A DNA stretch of 64,000 bases. Origin: a candidate division FCPU426 bacterium (GTDB lineage: Bacteria > Oederibacteriota > Muellerivitia > Muellerivitales > Muellerivitaceae). Every line of letters begins with the position of its first letter. Position 1 is the first letter of the stretch. Of this stretch, positions 30,001 to 41,228 are shown one piece after another. Location of the stretch: NCBI GenBank assembly GCA_963771075.1, contig CAVYSE010000005.1:88859-152858 (forward strand), read 5' to 3'. The translations under genes were made by a program, and so were the position numbers. The notes under the pieces were generated by a model. That model was given only the letters and a program-made list of their open reading frames with translations, searched no databases and was not told where the DNA came from.

Positions 30001-30096
30001 GGTTTGTTACACAGATGGGCAAGTCATTTTATTCTATAAATTTTGATAAGAAAAAATGGCGGGAGGTCTGGGTGTTGAACTTGCCGTTTCGACCGA

Positions 30097-31083
30097 TTAA
30101 TCCCGGTTCACCATCTTACCCATCATCTCGCCATAACGTTCACCTTGAACCTTGAAGGAGGCCAGGATTTGGTCCAAAGCGCCGAAATCGGCGTCGGAAA
30201 AAGAAAGGGTGGCGGCTTGCGCGTTTTCCTCCAAGTGTTTCACCTGGGTGGTCCCGGGGATAGGCACCACGTCCGGACCTCTTTTTAAGAGCCAAGCCAA
30301 GGCCACTTGGGAGGGAGTCGCGTTGCTTTTTGCGGCAAGCTTCGTCACTTCCTCCACTAACCGGATGTTGGCTTGAAAGTTCCCGCCTTGGAAACGGGGC
30401 AGGTTTCGGCGCATGTCGCCCTCGGGAATATCCTCGTACCTTTTGATGGCTCCGGTTAAAAATCCACGGCCCACGGGGCTGAAGGGAACCAGGCCGATCT
30501 TGAGTTCGCGCAGGACCGGGAGGATCTTCTCCTCCAATCCCGTTTCCCAGAGTGAATACTCGCTTTGAAGGGCGGAAATGGGGTGAACCCGATGCGCTCG
30601 CCGCAGGGTGTTGGGCCCCACCTCGCTCAAGCCTAAATACCTCACCTTGCCTTCCTTGACCAGTTGGGACATAGCCCCCACGGTTTCCTCGATGGGCACC
30701 TTGGGGTCGGCCCGATGGAGGTAAAGGAGATCGATTGTTTCAATGCCAAGCCTCGAAAGGGAACCTTCCGTCGCCCGGCGCGCGTTTTGGGGAGAACCAT
30801 CCAGGTTTTCAAACCCGGTCTTTCCCTCTTTCCAGGCGAATTTGGTGGCCACAACCACCCGGGAGCGAGTGCCCTTGAGGGCTCTGCCGAGCAATTCCTC
30901 ATTCTTAAAAGGTCCATAGGCTTCCGCGGTATCCCAGAAATCGATACCCAACTCCAGGGAGCGGTGCAAAACCCGCAAGGATTCGGCCTCGTCGGCCTTG
31001 CCATAGGCGAAACTCATCCCCATGCAGCCCAGTCCCAGGGCGGAAACTTCCAGGCCTTGGGTCCCAAGTTTTCGTTTCTCCAT
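30097..31083 (-). CDS. Aldo/keto reductase
   Basis: LGLGCMGMS, DTAEAYG, LQSEYSLW, PIPGTT. Confidence 0.96.
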   Translation of the reverse strand: MEKRKLGTQGLEVSALGLGCMGMSFAYGKADEAESLRVLHRSLELGIDFWDTAEAYGPFKNEELLGRALKGTRSRVVVATKFAWKEGKTGFENLDGSPQNARRATEGSLSRLGIETIDLLYLHRADPKVPIEETVGAMSQLVKEGKVRYLGLSEVGPNTLRRAHRVHPISALQSEYSLWETGLEEKILPVLRELKIGLVPFSPVGRGFLTGAIKRYEDIPEGDMRRNLPRFQGGNFQANIRLVEEVTKLAAKSNATPSQVALAWLLKRGPDVVPIPGTTQVKHLEENAQAATLSFSDADFGALDQILASFKVQGERYGEMMGKMVNRD

Positions 31084-31188
31084 TGTTCTTCTTCCTCGTT
31101 GAATAGAGTAAACTTGCAAGTCTGACGCTCCATTTTGCGCGGTCGGAACCAGATTTCAAGCGTTTCCAAAACCCAAGGAGGGCTTTCC

Positions 31189-31947
31189 ATGAGATTAACA
31201 GGTCGCACGATCCTTATCACAGGCGGGGGTTCGGGCATAGGCGGGGGATTGGCGGAGGCTTTTCACCAGAGGGGAAATAAGGTCATCATCACCGGCCGGC
31301 GGCCCAAGGTATTGAAGGAAATGACCCAGAAACACAAGGGCATGGAAGCCTTCGCCATGGACGTTTCCTCCGAATCGGACGTGCAACGGCTCTACAAGGC
31401 GGTATCCAAAAAATATCCAACCCTCGACGCGTTGATCAACAACGCGGGGCTTATGCTCTGGCCCGATTTCGCCACCGGTGAAAGGCTGGACGACAACCTT
31501 TACCAGGAAATTGACGTCAACTTGAAGGGACTCATCCGCATGACCGCGGTTTTCCTGCCTTTATTGAAGAAACAAAAGGAATCCACCCTGGTCAACGTTA
31601 GCTCGGGCCTGGCCTTTGTGCCCCTGGCCTCCACGCCCATCTATTGCGCTACCAAGGCCGCCGTGCATTCTTTCACCGATTCGCTTCGCTACCAGCTTCG
31701 AAACACCCTGGTGGAGGTGATCGAGATCGCCCCGCCCGCGGTCCAGACCGACCTGGGCGCAGCACCCGGAAAGCCCGAAGGCAATTACCCCCGCATGCCC
31801 CTGGACCAGTTCACCCAGGAGACCCTGAAAGCGCTGGAGTCCGGGAAAAAGGAACTCGTCATTCAGAGGGCCAAGTTTCTGAAGGCCGGCTCCCGTTTCT
31901 TCCCGGGCCGGGTGTTCAGCATGCTTAACCCACTCAAAGGGAGATAG
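31189..31947 (+). CDS. SDR oxidoreductase (DltE-like)
   Basis: TGGGSGIG, NNAG, YCATK. Confidence 0.95.
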   Translation: MRLTGRTILITGGGSGIGGGLAEAFHQRGNKVIITGRRPKVLKEMTQKHKGMEAFAMDVSSESDVQRLYKAVSKKYPTLDALINNAGLMLWPDFATGERLDDNLYQEIDVNLKGLIRMTAVFLPLLKKQKESTLVNVSSGLAFVPLASTPIYCATKAAVHSFTDSLRYQLRNTLVEVIEIAPPAVQTDLGAAPGKPEGNYPRMPLDQFTQETLKALESGKKELVIQRAKFLKAGSRFFPGRVFSMLNPLKGR

Positions 31948-32081
31948 GAATTGAAGCTGGCATGGGTCCGGACCGCACGGAAGACCCTTCGCGGGGTTAA
32001 AAAGGCCCTGTGGACGCTGGAAAATAAAGACCCTTTTAGGCCATAATCCAACCCGTCATCGTGTCAACCCAGGAGGAAAAT

Positions 32082-32360
32082 ATGCCCGTTAAAGTCATGA
32101 TCCCCACGCCTCTTCGCAACCTCACCCAAAACCAGGCCGAGGTAACCGCCGAAGGCGCAAGCATCAAGGAACTCATCGAGAATCTCGGCAAAAGTTATGA
32201 CGGTTTGAAGGGCCGTATCCTCGATGAAAACGGTAAGATCCGGCGGTTCGTGAACATCTACTTAAATGAGGAAGACATTCGCTTCCTGCAGGGGGAAGCG
32301 ACCGCCCTGAAGGACGGGGACCAGATCTCCATCGTACCCGCCATCGCGGGGGGAAAATAA
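32082..32360 (+). CDS. MoaD/ThiS/CysO ubiquitin-like sulfur carrier
   Basis: IPTPLR..FVNIYLNEEDIRFL..IVPAIAGG-K. Confidence 0.95.
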   Translation: MPVKVMIPTPLRNLTQNQAEVTAEGASIKELIENLGKSYDGLKGRILDENGKIRRFVNIYLNEEDIRFLQGEATALKDGDQISIVPAIAGGK

Positions 32361-32370
32361 AAAACAACGT

Positions 32371-32523
32371 CCAACACAAAGCCGCAAAGACGCCAAGAAA
32401 TTTCAAAAAATCGAGATTAAGGCATCAAACCAAAATCCGGCAAAAAGTCTGAAAGATTCGAAAGAAACTGTTGAATTTTAATCCTGATTTGACTTTCTTG
32501 GCGTCTTTGCGGCTTTGAGTTAG
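32371..32523. repeat. Intergenic inverted repeat
   Basis: CAAAGCCGCAAAGACGCCAAGAAA ... TTTCTTGGCGTCTTTGCGGCTTTG. Confidence 0.8.
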
Positions 32524-32551
32524 ATATGGAATTTGTAGTTTGGGGGTGTGC

Positions 32552-32797
32552 ATGACTTCCATCAAGAAACTCATTGAGCTGGATTATCCCAACGACAAGG
32601 TCACCCAGCCGGTCCTCTCGGAGATGATCAAGACCCACGATGTCATTGTGAACATCCGGAGGGCCTCCATCAGCAAGGGTTTCGGCTATGTGCAAATGGA
32701 AATCGATGGCGAGGAAAACGAAGTAAAAAAAGCCCTGGCCTACCTTCAAAATCTCCACATTGACGTGAATCCCATCACCAAAGACATAGTCGAGTAG
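32552..32797 (+). CDS. NIL-domain protein
   Basis: LDYP..VTQPVL..VNIRRASI..EIDG..V.PI..DIVE; typical moaD/cys neighbourhood. Confidence 0.85.
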   Translation: MTSIKKLIELDYPNDKVTQPVLSEMIKTHDVIVNIRRASISKGFGYVQMEIDGEENEVKKALAYLQNLHIDVNPITKDIVE

Positions 32798-32799
32798 CC

Positions 32800-33501
32800 A
32801 TGCCCGAGATTCCCGAAGGGCAGAACTCTCCCGCCTCCGGGTCACCCGAATGGCTGGAGCGTTATTCCCGCCAGACCCTGTTGAAGGGCGTGGGTGTGGA
32901 AGGACAAAAAAAATGGGCGAATTCCCGGGTTCGGGTGATCGGGGAGGGGCCGGCCCTGGAAGCCTGTTTGACCGCCCTGGCCTCGAGCGGAGCCGGAACC
33001 CTCTGGATCGGAAGCCCCGAACCCTACGACCTGCAAGCCCTTTCCCAAAACCAGCATCAAGCGAAGACAGACCTCCTTGCCGATATCGGCGATCAGTCCG
33101 ATTCGGACCTGACCTTGGTCGTAACGGAACGGACGGAGATCCGCCGAAGGATCAGCCGGCAACTTCGCAAATTGAGGAAGACCGGTATTTTCGCCTGGCC
33201 CGCCGCGAGCGGGTTCGCCCTATGGGTGGGCACCCACGCCCCTGGGCCCTGTCCCTGTTTGGAATGTTTTGAGGTGCTGAATCCCAAGGCTTTCACGCAT
33301 GGGACCCCCATGATCCAAAGACTCCTGGGTCAGGTGGCGGCCTCGGAGGGGCTGCTGTATCTTTTGAAAGGGGAATCCCCCCTGGCCCAAAGGGTCTGGA
33401 TCACCGCCCTGGACACGGGAATCTCGCTTCACCATGAGGTTTTTTCGTCCTATAAATGCCCCGCCCAATTGGAAGACGAGGGCGCGTCCCACACGCCATG
33501 A
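32800..33501 (+). CDS. Degenerate ThiF/MoeB-like protein
   Basis: ERYSRQ..GVEGQKK and PCLEC present; GxGxxG and SNLxRQ absent. Confidence 0.75.
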   Translation: MPEIPEGQNSPASGSPEWLERYSRQTLLKGVGVEGQKKWANSRVRVIGEGPALEACLTALASSGAGTLWIGSPEPYDLQALSQNQHQAKTDLLADIGDQSDSDLTLVVTERTEIRRRISRQLRKLRKTGIFAWPAASGFALWVGTHAPGPCPCLECFEVLNPKAFTHGTPMIQRLLGQVAASEGLLYLLKGESPLAQRVWITALDTGISLHHEVFSSYKCPAQLEDEGASHTP

Positions 33502-34457
33502 TCCATAATCGCTATCCCCTTTCCACGAATGTGATCGAGCTCATCGGCAACACGCCCCTGCTCCGATTGAAAAGAATTCCGGACCCCGGCCACGCCCAAG
33601 TCCTCTGCAAGATGGAATCCTTCAATCCCGGGGGAAGCCTCAAGGACCGCGTCGCCCTCTCCATGATCCAGGACGCCGAGCGGAAGGGCCTCCTGAAGCC
33701 CGGCGGAACCGTGGTGGAACCCACTAGTGGAAATACCGGCATCGGGTTGGCAATGATTTGCGCAAAGAGGGGCTACCGATTAATCCTTTGCATGCCGGAG
33801 GACATGAGCCGGGAGCGTCGGGTGGTGCTGAAGGCTTACGGAGCGGAACTGGTTTTGACCCCCGCCCCGGGATTCATGGCGGCGGCGATGGAAAAGGCCC
33901 AGGAAATCCTGGCGGAAAACCCCGGTTTTTTCATGCCGGGACAATTTTCAAACCGCGCGAATCCCGAGGCCCATATCCAAACAACCGCCCCCGAGATCGA
34001 CCGGGACACCCAAGGCGAATTCGACGCCTTCGTGGCGGGCATCGGCACGGGTGGAACCATCACGGGAGTGGGGGAATACTTCAAGGCGAAAAACCCGCGA
34101 ATCCAAATCATCGGGGTTGAACCCTCCGCCTCGGCCGTTCTTTCGGGCGGAAAGCCGGGAGCCCACCGCATCCAAGGAATCGGGGCGGGGTTTATCCCTT
34201 CCATCTTGAACCGGGCAGTCATGGATGAAGTGATGAAGGTGGATGACCGAAACGCCTACCATATGACCAAGCGCCTGGCCCGGGAGGAGGGGCTCCTATT
34301 GGGCATCTCCTCCGGCGCCAACGTGACGGCGGCATGCCGGGTGGCCCGGAGGCTCGGCCCGGAGGCCGCGGTGGTAACCATTTGTTGCGACATGGGAGAA
34401 CGTTATTTCAGCTTGGATGAGGAGTTCCAGGGTGAGCCCCCCTCGGACGGCCTATAA
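33498..34457 (+). CDS. cysK: Cysteine synthase
   Basis: IGNTPL, NPGGSLKDR, EPTSGNTG, GTGGT, HRIQGIG, GISSGA. Confidence 0.93.
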   Translation: MIHNRYPLSTNVIELIGNTPLLRLKRIPDPGHAQVLCKMESFNPGGSLKDRVALSMIQDAERKGLLKPGGTVVEPTSGNTGIGLAMICAKRGYRLILCMPEDMSRERRVVLKAYGAELVLTPAPGFMAAAMEKAQEILAENPGFFMPGQFSNRANPEAHIQTTAPEIDRDTQGEFDAFVAGIGTGGTITGVGEYFKAKNPRIQIIGVEPSASAVLSGGKPGAHRIQGIGAGFIPSILNRAVMDEVMKVDDRNAYHMTKRLAREEGLLLGISSGANVTAACRVARRLGPEAAVVTICCDMGERYFSLDEEFQGEPPSDGL

Positions 34458-34478
34458 ACTGGGTGCCTGGGCCCTCGG

Positions 34479-35456
34479 CTAATGTTTGAACAGGGAAGAC
34501 AGGTCGGGAACCTCATAGGCTTGGGTCACGTGCTGGCTGCCTTCCCGGCAGACCCAGGTGTCCTTTTTTAAAATCCTCATGGCACGAAGTTGCGAGGAGG
34601 TGTAGGGCCCTTCCCAGCGGTCATTTTTATAAACCATGAAAGAAGTGTCCTTCGGAGCCGGTTCGGAAAGGGGTGAAAGCTTGAGAAAATCAAGGTTTTC
34701 CTTTTCCTCGTCGAGTATCTCGGGGGTCCCCTCTTCCTCTTTTTTCCCGCGGTGCGAGGTTCGGGTTTTGTCCATGGGTTGACTGTCCCGGATGTGTTTT
34801 CTTGTTTCCTTATCTTCCAAATGGGGGTCCAGCTTTTTGGATTTCCGCTCCGTCGTGGTGACCGAGGCGATTAATTCCTCATCTTCCTTGAGCCTGTGGA
34901 TTTCCTCTTTCAAGTGCTGGACCTTGGTCTTGTCGGGTACCGGTTTGGCTAGCTCGTTGTCCAACTCAATGCGTTTGAGGTGGAGCGGGTAGGATTTCCG
35001 GAGGATCTTGAAACATCTTTCCAATTCCGGATCGACCGGCTGGGCTTGAAGGGTCATGACGTTCAAGGCCATGGAATAGGCCAACTCGGCGTTGTCGGCC
35101 TTGAGATTGGGGTCCATCCCGATGTAACGGTTGAATAGCTTAATGGCGTTCAGGTAAACCTGGTAAGCCTTCCGGATGTCTTTTTCCTCTTGATAGTATT
35201 TACCCACGAGGTAGTGGCATTGCAGGTCGAAGGATTCCTTCGGGTCAATTGCCTCGAATAGGGCCAGGGCTTCGGCGATATGGTGGGGCGCGGGTTCATG
35301 CTGGGTAAAACGGTTCAAAAGACAAAAATTGATGAACTGTGCCTGTAGCCCGTGGTCTTTGGGGTTGAACTCCAGCGCCTTCTTGAAACGTTTGTAATCC
35401 TTTTGATAACTATCGCTTTTTCCGAAGAGGGAGGTTAAGCGAATTTTGATATCCAT
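34479..35456 (-). CDS. Hypothetical protein, TPR-like N-terminus and GYF_2-like C-terminus
   Basis: GPYTSSQL..DTWVCREG..A.EVPDL. Confidence 0.6.
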   Translation of the reverse strand: MDIKIRLTSLFGKSDSYQKDYKRFKKALEFNPKDHGLQAQFINFCLLNRFTQHEPAPHHIAEALALFEAIDPKESFDLQCHYLVGKYYQEEKDIRKAYQVYLNAIKLFNRYIGMDPNLKADNAELAYSMALNVMTLQAQPVDPELERCFKILRKSYPLHLKRIELDNELAKPVPDKTKVQHLKEEIHRLKEDEELIASVTTTERKSKKLDPHLEDKETRKHIRDSQPMDKTRTSHRGKKEEEGTPEILDEEKENLDFLKLSPLSEPAPKDTSFMVYKNDRWEGPYTSSQLRAMRILKKDTWVCREGSQHVTQAYEVPDLSSLFKH

Positions 35457-35531
35457 AGAAAGCTTCCTTGATGAATAGGAGGTAGGGGCAGGATAGGAAG
35501 CGAGTGATCATAAAATCAAGAAAGATTTATT

Positions 35532-36095
35532 CTAAAACCACTTGAAAAACTTGAAAAAATCCCCAAAGGGAGACTTGTTGCGGCGGGTCGGAAGGCTCCT
35601 GGATTCTTCCGCGAGTACCGCGACCGGGGAGGATTCGGTAACAGGCAACTCGCGAGGGCTTTCCAATCCTGCCTTCACCTTTTCTGGCGTGGCGGTCCTG
35701 GAGGTTTTGCGTTTTTCGACCCGAACGGGTTCCATCGTTTTGCCAAAACCCTTCAGAAGGGCCATTTCCACAGAGGGGAATGCCTTCAAGATGCTGTTTA
35801 ATTCCAAGAGCTCAAATGTTTCAGTCACCTCCGGGCTCATGCCTGCAAAAAACAAGTTACCCTTTTGAGCCCGGATGCGTTTGAGTTCTCCGATGAAAAT
35901 GCCCCAGCCGGCGCTGCTGATGTAGGTGATGTTTTTCAAGTCGATGATCAGGTTGTACTTATTCTGGCTTAAGGCAGCTTGAAAGGTTCGCTCAAAATCG
36001 GGCGCGGTGGTGGTGTCGATAAAACCCTTGGCGTTGATGATCGTGATTTCTTTGTGAAGGGGATGGTTGGAAGCGGAAACGGTTAAATTAGCCAT
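35532..36095 (-). CDS. STAS anti-sigma-factor antagonist with C-terminal extension
   Basis: GFIDTTTAP..DLKNITYISSAGWG..FELLEL. Confidence 0.9.
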   Translation of the reverse strand: MANLTVSASNHPLHKEITIINAKGFIDTTTAPDFERTFQAALSQNKYNLIIDLKNITYISSAGWGIFIGELKRIRAQKGNLFFAGMSPEVTETFELLELNSILKAFPSVEMALLKGFGKTMEPVRVEKRKTSRTATPEKVKAGLESPRELPVTESSPVAVLAEESRSLPTRRNKSPFGDFFKFFKWF

Positions 36096-36332
36096 GGTTA
36101 ACCCCTCGAAAAAATGAAAGCCTTTAGATAACCGGCATTATTAAAAGGTTTTAACGTTTTTTTCAAGGTATTCGGAAGGAGAATTTGGGAAACCGATACC
36201 CCGTGCAATGGTATAGAAAGGGCATTAAAAACGTTTTTAGGCCAAGGGATGTGATCATCGGGTAAGGGCACCCTTTCTTAATTATTTTATGATGGAGTGT
36301 CCGGCTCCCTTCGCTAAACTTTCCGCACTTTT

Positions 36333-37289
36333 ATGGAACCAATTCCTCGACCTCTCATTTTAATAACAGGAGCCACCGGTTATGTGGGTGGTAGGCTTTT
36401 ACCCCTCCTGGCTGAAAAGGGCTTCGCCCTGCGTTGCATGGCGAGAACACCTGAGCAATTGAAAGCCAAAACTCCTGCGGGGGTGGAGGTGATACCGGGT
36501 GATGTGCTTAACAAGGATTCCCTGCTCAAGGCCCTGCAGGGCGTGCATACGGCCTTTTACCTCGTGCACTCCATGGCGTCCACTTCCCGTTTCGAGGAAA
36601 TGGACCGGATCGCGGCCAAAAATTTCGCCGAGGCCGCCCGTCGCAACCATATCAAAAAGATCGTCTACCTGGGCGGACTTTCCCAAGACACTTCGGGAAA
36701 CCGCCACTTGGCCAGCCGGGAGGAAGTGGGAAAAATCCTGCGTTCGTGCGGGGTACCCACCGTTGAATTCCAAGCTTCTTTCATTATCGGTTCAGGGAGT
36801 TATTCCTTTGAAATAATCCGATCTTTGGTCGACCGTTGGCCGGTTATGCTGACACCCCGCTGGGTAGGGACCCTCTGCCAGCCGATCGCCATTAACGATG
36901 TTCTCGCTTACCTGGTGGCGGCTCTTGAAAAACCCTATTTGGAGAGCCAGGTTTTCCCCATCGGGGGGGCCGAAAAGATTTCGTATGGCGGATTGATGAG
37001 GGAATATGCCCGACAAAGGGGTTTGAAACGGTTGTTGATTCCCGTGCCCATTCGTACTCCCGTTATGTCCGCCCTTTGGCTGGGGTTCATCACCCCGGTC
37101 TACCCGCGGGTGGCCCGCCAACTCGTCGAGGGGCTCCGGGAGCAATCGGTCGTGAATGATTTGACCGCCGCAAAGATTTTTCCCGTCAAACCCGTGGGAT
37201 ATCGGGAGGCCCTGGCCAGCTCTATCCGAAATGAAGATCGAGAAACCCCCTTGACCAACTGGTTTGACGCTTTTTCCAACCGAAAATAA
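36333..37289 (+). CDS. Atypical SDR / NAD(P)-binding protein (YbjT-like)
   Basis: TGATGYVG, YLVHSM, HLASREEVG, QPIAINDV. Confidence 0.88.
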   Translation: MEPIPRPLILITGATGYVGGRLLPLLAEKGFALRCMARTPEQLKAKTPAGVEVIPGDVLNKDSLLKALQGVHTAFYLVHSMASTSRFEEMDRIAAKNFAEAARRNHIKKIVYLGGLSQDTSGNRHLASREEVGKILRSCGVPTVEFQASFIIGSGSYSFEIIRSLVDRWPVMLTPRWVGTLCQPIAINDVLAYLVAALEKPYLESQVFPIGGAEKISYGGLMREYARQRGLKRLLIPVPIRTPVMSALWLGFITPVYPRVARQLVEGLREQSVVNDLTAAKIFPVKPVGYREALASSIRNEDRETPLTNWFDAFSNRK

Positions 37290-37395
37290 AAATCCTTCAT
37301 GTGTATCCCGCCCTTTGCGGTCGGGAGCCCCTCAAAAATCCTGACAACCAGTTTCACTTTCAACCCTTTTGGAAAACAATTTCTCTTCATTTAAA

Positions 37396-37411
37396 TGTGA
37401 CGGGGGTCATA
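37396..37411. promoter_or_regulatory. CRP/FNR-family-like site upstream of PFOR
   Basis: TGTGA-CGGGGG-TCATA, one mismatch to TGTGA-N6-TCACA. Confidence 0.45.
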
Positions 37412-37488
37412 ACGTAAAGCCCCTGTCGCGACCAAAATACCCCTGCTGCGAATATGCGCGCTTTGTGCACCCTTTTAAGGAGAGTGAA

Positions 37489-40400
37489 ATGAGTGATTCC
37501 CCCTACGCGACGATGGATGCCAATGAAGCGGTAGCCCATGTGGCCTACCGGCTTAACGAGGTGATCTCCATCTATCCCATTACGCCTTCATCGCCCATGG
37601 CCGAATTTTGCGACGAGTGGGCCGCCGCGGGACGCCTCAATCTTTGGGGCGTAGTGCCCACGATCATGGAAATGCAATCGGAGGGCGGCGCGGCGGGAAC
37701 GGCCCACGGAGCGCTCCAAACAGGCTCCATGACCACCACCTTCACCGCCTCCCAGGGTCTGCTCCTGATGATCCCCAACATGTTCAAGATCGCGGGAGAA
37801 CTGACTCCGGCGGTATTCCACGTGTCCGCCCGGTCCCTTGCCTACCACGCCCTATCCATTTTTGGCGACCATAGTGACGTCATGGCCTGCCGGATGACCG
37901 GTTTCGCCATGTTGTGCTCCAACTCCGGGCAAGAGGCCATGGACTTCGCCGCCATCGCCCAGTCCGCCTCCCTTCAGTCACGCGTGCCGTTCCTCCACTT
38001 TTTCGACGGTTTCCGGACCTCCCATGAGGTTTCTAAGGTGACCCTTATTCCCGACGAAACCTTGCAGGCCTTGATCACGCCGGAGATGGTGACCGAGGTT
38101 CGCTCGCGGGCCATGTCCCCGGACCATCCCGTCCTAAGGGGCACCGCCCAAAACCCGGATGTGTTCTTCCAGGGCCGGGAGAGGGCCAATAGCTATTACA
38201 ACGCCTTACCTGGCATTGTGCAAAAGACCATGGATCAGTTCGGCAAGCTCACGGGCCGTTCCTATAAGATCTTCGAGTATCACGGAGCGCCGGACGCGGA
38301 ACGGGTGTTGGTTCTAATGGGATCCGGCGCGGAGGACGCTCACGAGACGGTCGATTGGTTGCTGGCCAAGGGTGAAAAGGTGGGGGTTCTGAAGGTCAGA
38401 CTCTTCCTGCCGTTCGACATCGAGGCTTTCGCCAAGGCCCTGCCCCCTACCGTGAAGACCCTGGCGGTGTTGGACCGCACCAAGGAATCGGGAAGCTTGG
38501 GTGAGCCCCTTTACATGAACGTGATGGCCGGCTTGACGGAAACCCTCGCCGTGGGAAAAACCTCCCTGAAGTTAATGCCCCGCGTCATCGGCGGGCGCTA
38601 CGGCCTCTCGTGCAAAGAATTTACCCCCGCGATGATCATCGGCCTCCTGGATCATATGAAGGGCAAGGAGTTGAAGAACCACTTCACCATCGGCATCAAC
38701 GACGACCTGACCCACACCAGTATTTCCTACGATGCCACGCTTTCCATCGAGCCCCCCGAGGTCAAAAGGGCGCTGTTCTTTGGCTTGGGCGCGGATGGAA
38801 CGGTGGGCGCGAACAAGAATTCCATCAAGATCATCGGTGAGAACACCGATTTCTGGACCCAGGGTTATTTCGTGTACGACTCCAAGAAATCCGGTTCCAT
38901 GACGACTTCCCATTTGAGGTTCGGGCCCAAGAGTATCCAATCCGCCTATTTGATCAACAAGGCGGACTTCGTGGCCTGCCACCAGCCGGCTTTCCTCACC
39001 CGCTACAACATGCTGAAGGACCTGATGCCGGGTGGAACCTTCCTCCTGAATATCGCCCAGGGTCCCCGGGATGTCTGGGAACACTTGCCCCAGAGGGTCC
39101 AGGAACAATTGATTTCCAAAAAGATTAAGTTCTATGTGATCGACGCCATCGCCGTCGCCAAGAAGGCGGGCATGGGGGGCGTATCAACACCATCATGCAG
39201 GCCTGCTATTTCGCGCTCTCCGGGGTCCTGCCCCGGGAAGAGGCGGTCGCCGCAATCAAGAAATCAATCGTGAAGACCTACAAGAAAAAGGGCGATAAGA
39301 TCGTCCAGGCCAACCTGGACGCGGTGGATACCACGCTGGCCAACCTGCATGAGGTCAACTTCGAAGGGAAAAAGCCTGGGAGCCTGTCCTTCAAGAAGGT
39401 GGTGCCCGACAACGCGCCCGATTTCGTCAAGAACGTGCTGGGTAAGATCATCGCGGGAGAGGGTGACGACCTGCCCGTCTCGGCCATGCCGGCGGACGGC
39501 ACCTTCCCCACCGCCACCGCGCTTTTTGAGAAGCGTGATATCGCCTTGGAAATCCCCGTTTGGAACGAGAGCCTCTGCATCCAATGTGGAAAGTGCGCGG
39601 TGGTCTGTCCTCACGCCGTCATCCGGCCCAAGGTTTACGAACCCTCCCTCCTGGGATCGGCCCCCCAAGGTTTCAAGACCGCCGTGGCCAAGCACCGCGA
39701 CTGGAAGGGCATGAACTATACTCTGCAAGTGGCGCCCGAGGACTGCACCGGTTGCGGTCTTTGCGTGGAAGCCTGTCCGGTCAAAAGCAAGACCGAGGCC
39801 AACGTGAAAGCCATCAACATGAAACCCCAGCCGCCCCTGCTTGAGCAGGAAGCCAAGAATTGGGATTTCTTCCTGGGCCTTCCCGAGGCGGACCGTTCCA
39901 AGATCAACCTGGGAATGATCAGCCAGCAGCAGCTGCAGCAGCCCCTGTTCGAGTTTTCGGGCGCCTGCGCGGGCTGCGGCGAAACCCCCTACGTGAAGAT
40001 GGTTTCCCAGTTGTTCGGGGACCGGATGTTGGTGGCCAACGCCACTGGATGTTCCTCCATCTATGGGGGCAACCTGCCGACCACTCCCTGGGCCAAGAAC
40101 TCTTCGGGAAGGGGCCCGACTTGGAACAACTCACTTTTTGAGGACAACGCCGAGTTCGGATTGGGCTACCGGATCTCACTGGATCACCAAAACAAGACCG
40201 CCCAATCCCTCATGCGCCGCCTCGAGGCCGAAATTGGAAAAGAATTCGTGGATTCGATCGTGACGGCGGTTCAAAAGACGGACGCAGAGATCGAAGCCCA
40301 AAGGGGCCGGGTGGCCCAATTAAAGGAAAAACTGAAGGGAATCGCCAAACCCGAAGCCAAGGTCTTGTTGAGCCTCGCCGATAGTCTGGTCAAAAAATCG

Positions 40401-41108
40401 GTTTGGATCATGGGCGGGGACGGATGGGCCTATGACATCGGCTACGGTGGTTTGGATCACGTGCTTTCAACGGGTAAGAACGTGAATATCCTGGTCCTGG
40501 ACACGGAAGTATATTCCAATACCGGGGGGCAGGCTTCCAAGTCAACCCCCAAGGGGGCCGTGGCTAAGTTTGCCGCTGCGGGAAAGCCCCAAGGCAAGAA
40601 GGATATGGGCCTCATGGCCATGACCTACGGCAACGTTTACGTGGCGAGGATCGCCCTAGGCGCCAACGACGGCCAGGTTTTGAAGGCACTTCAGGAAGCG
40701 GAAGCTTATGACGGGCCTTCCCTGATCATCGCCTACTCCCATTGCATAGCCCATGGTTACGATCTGATCAACGGGTTGAAACAGCAGAAATCCGCGGTGG
40801 ATTCGGGCCAATGGGTCCTTTATCGGTATAACCCCGACCGGATGAAGGTGGGTGAAAACCCCCTGACGGTTGATTCGGGCGCCTTGAAAATGTCGGTGCA
40901 GGAATACGAAATGCAGGAAAACCGATTCAAGATGCTCACTTTGAGCAAGCCCGAGGAAGCAAAGAAATATTTCGAGCAGGCCCAGGCGGACGCCCAGTAC
41001 CGGTGGAATTATTACCAGTACCTCTCGAAGTTGGACCCCAAGGCCTTCTCGACAGGGGTCGCGGCCCTCGCCCAGGCGGTCACGCCTCCCGTCCCGGAAA
41101 AGGCGTAA
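37489..41108 (+). CDS. nifJ: Pyruvate:ferredoxin/flavodoxin oxidoreductase, frameshift at G6 39174-39179
   Basis: YPITPS, GADGTVGANK, two 4Fe-4S motifs, GACAGCGE, GGDGWAYDIG; one extra G restores MGGRINTIMQ. Confidence 0.96.
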
Positions 41109-41228
41109 GCCGAAAGGTTGCAGCTAGCTGGAAACGGCGGCTTTCCCCAAAGCCGATACCAACTTAGGGGCGCCCGGGTGGGGCCAAGGGCGCAGGTTCA
41201 AAAGGAAATGAAGAACTAAGGAGCCGAT

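Noticed and set aside
32417..32845. Minus-strand 142-aa ORF
   Set aside because: Overlaps the NIL gene and an intergenic hairpin; no motif support.
39174..39273. Naturally split or programmed-frameshift PFOR
   Set aside because: A single missing G in a G-run restores a conserved motif and fits the window-wide error pattern.
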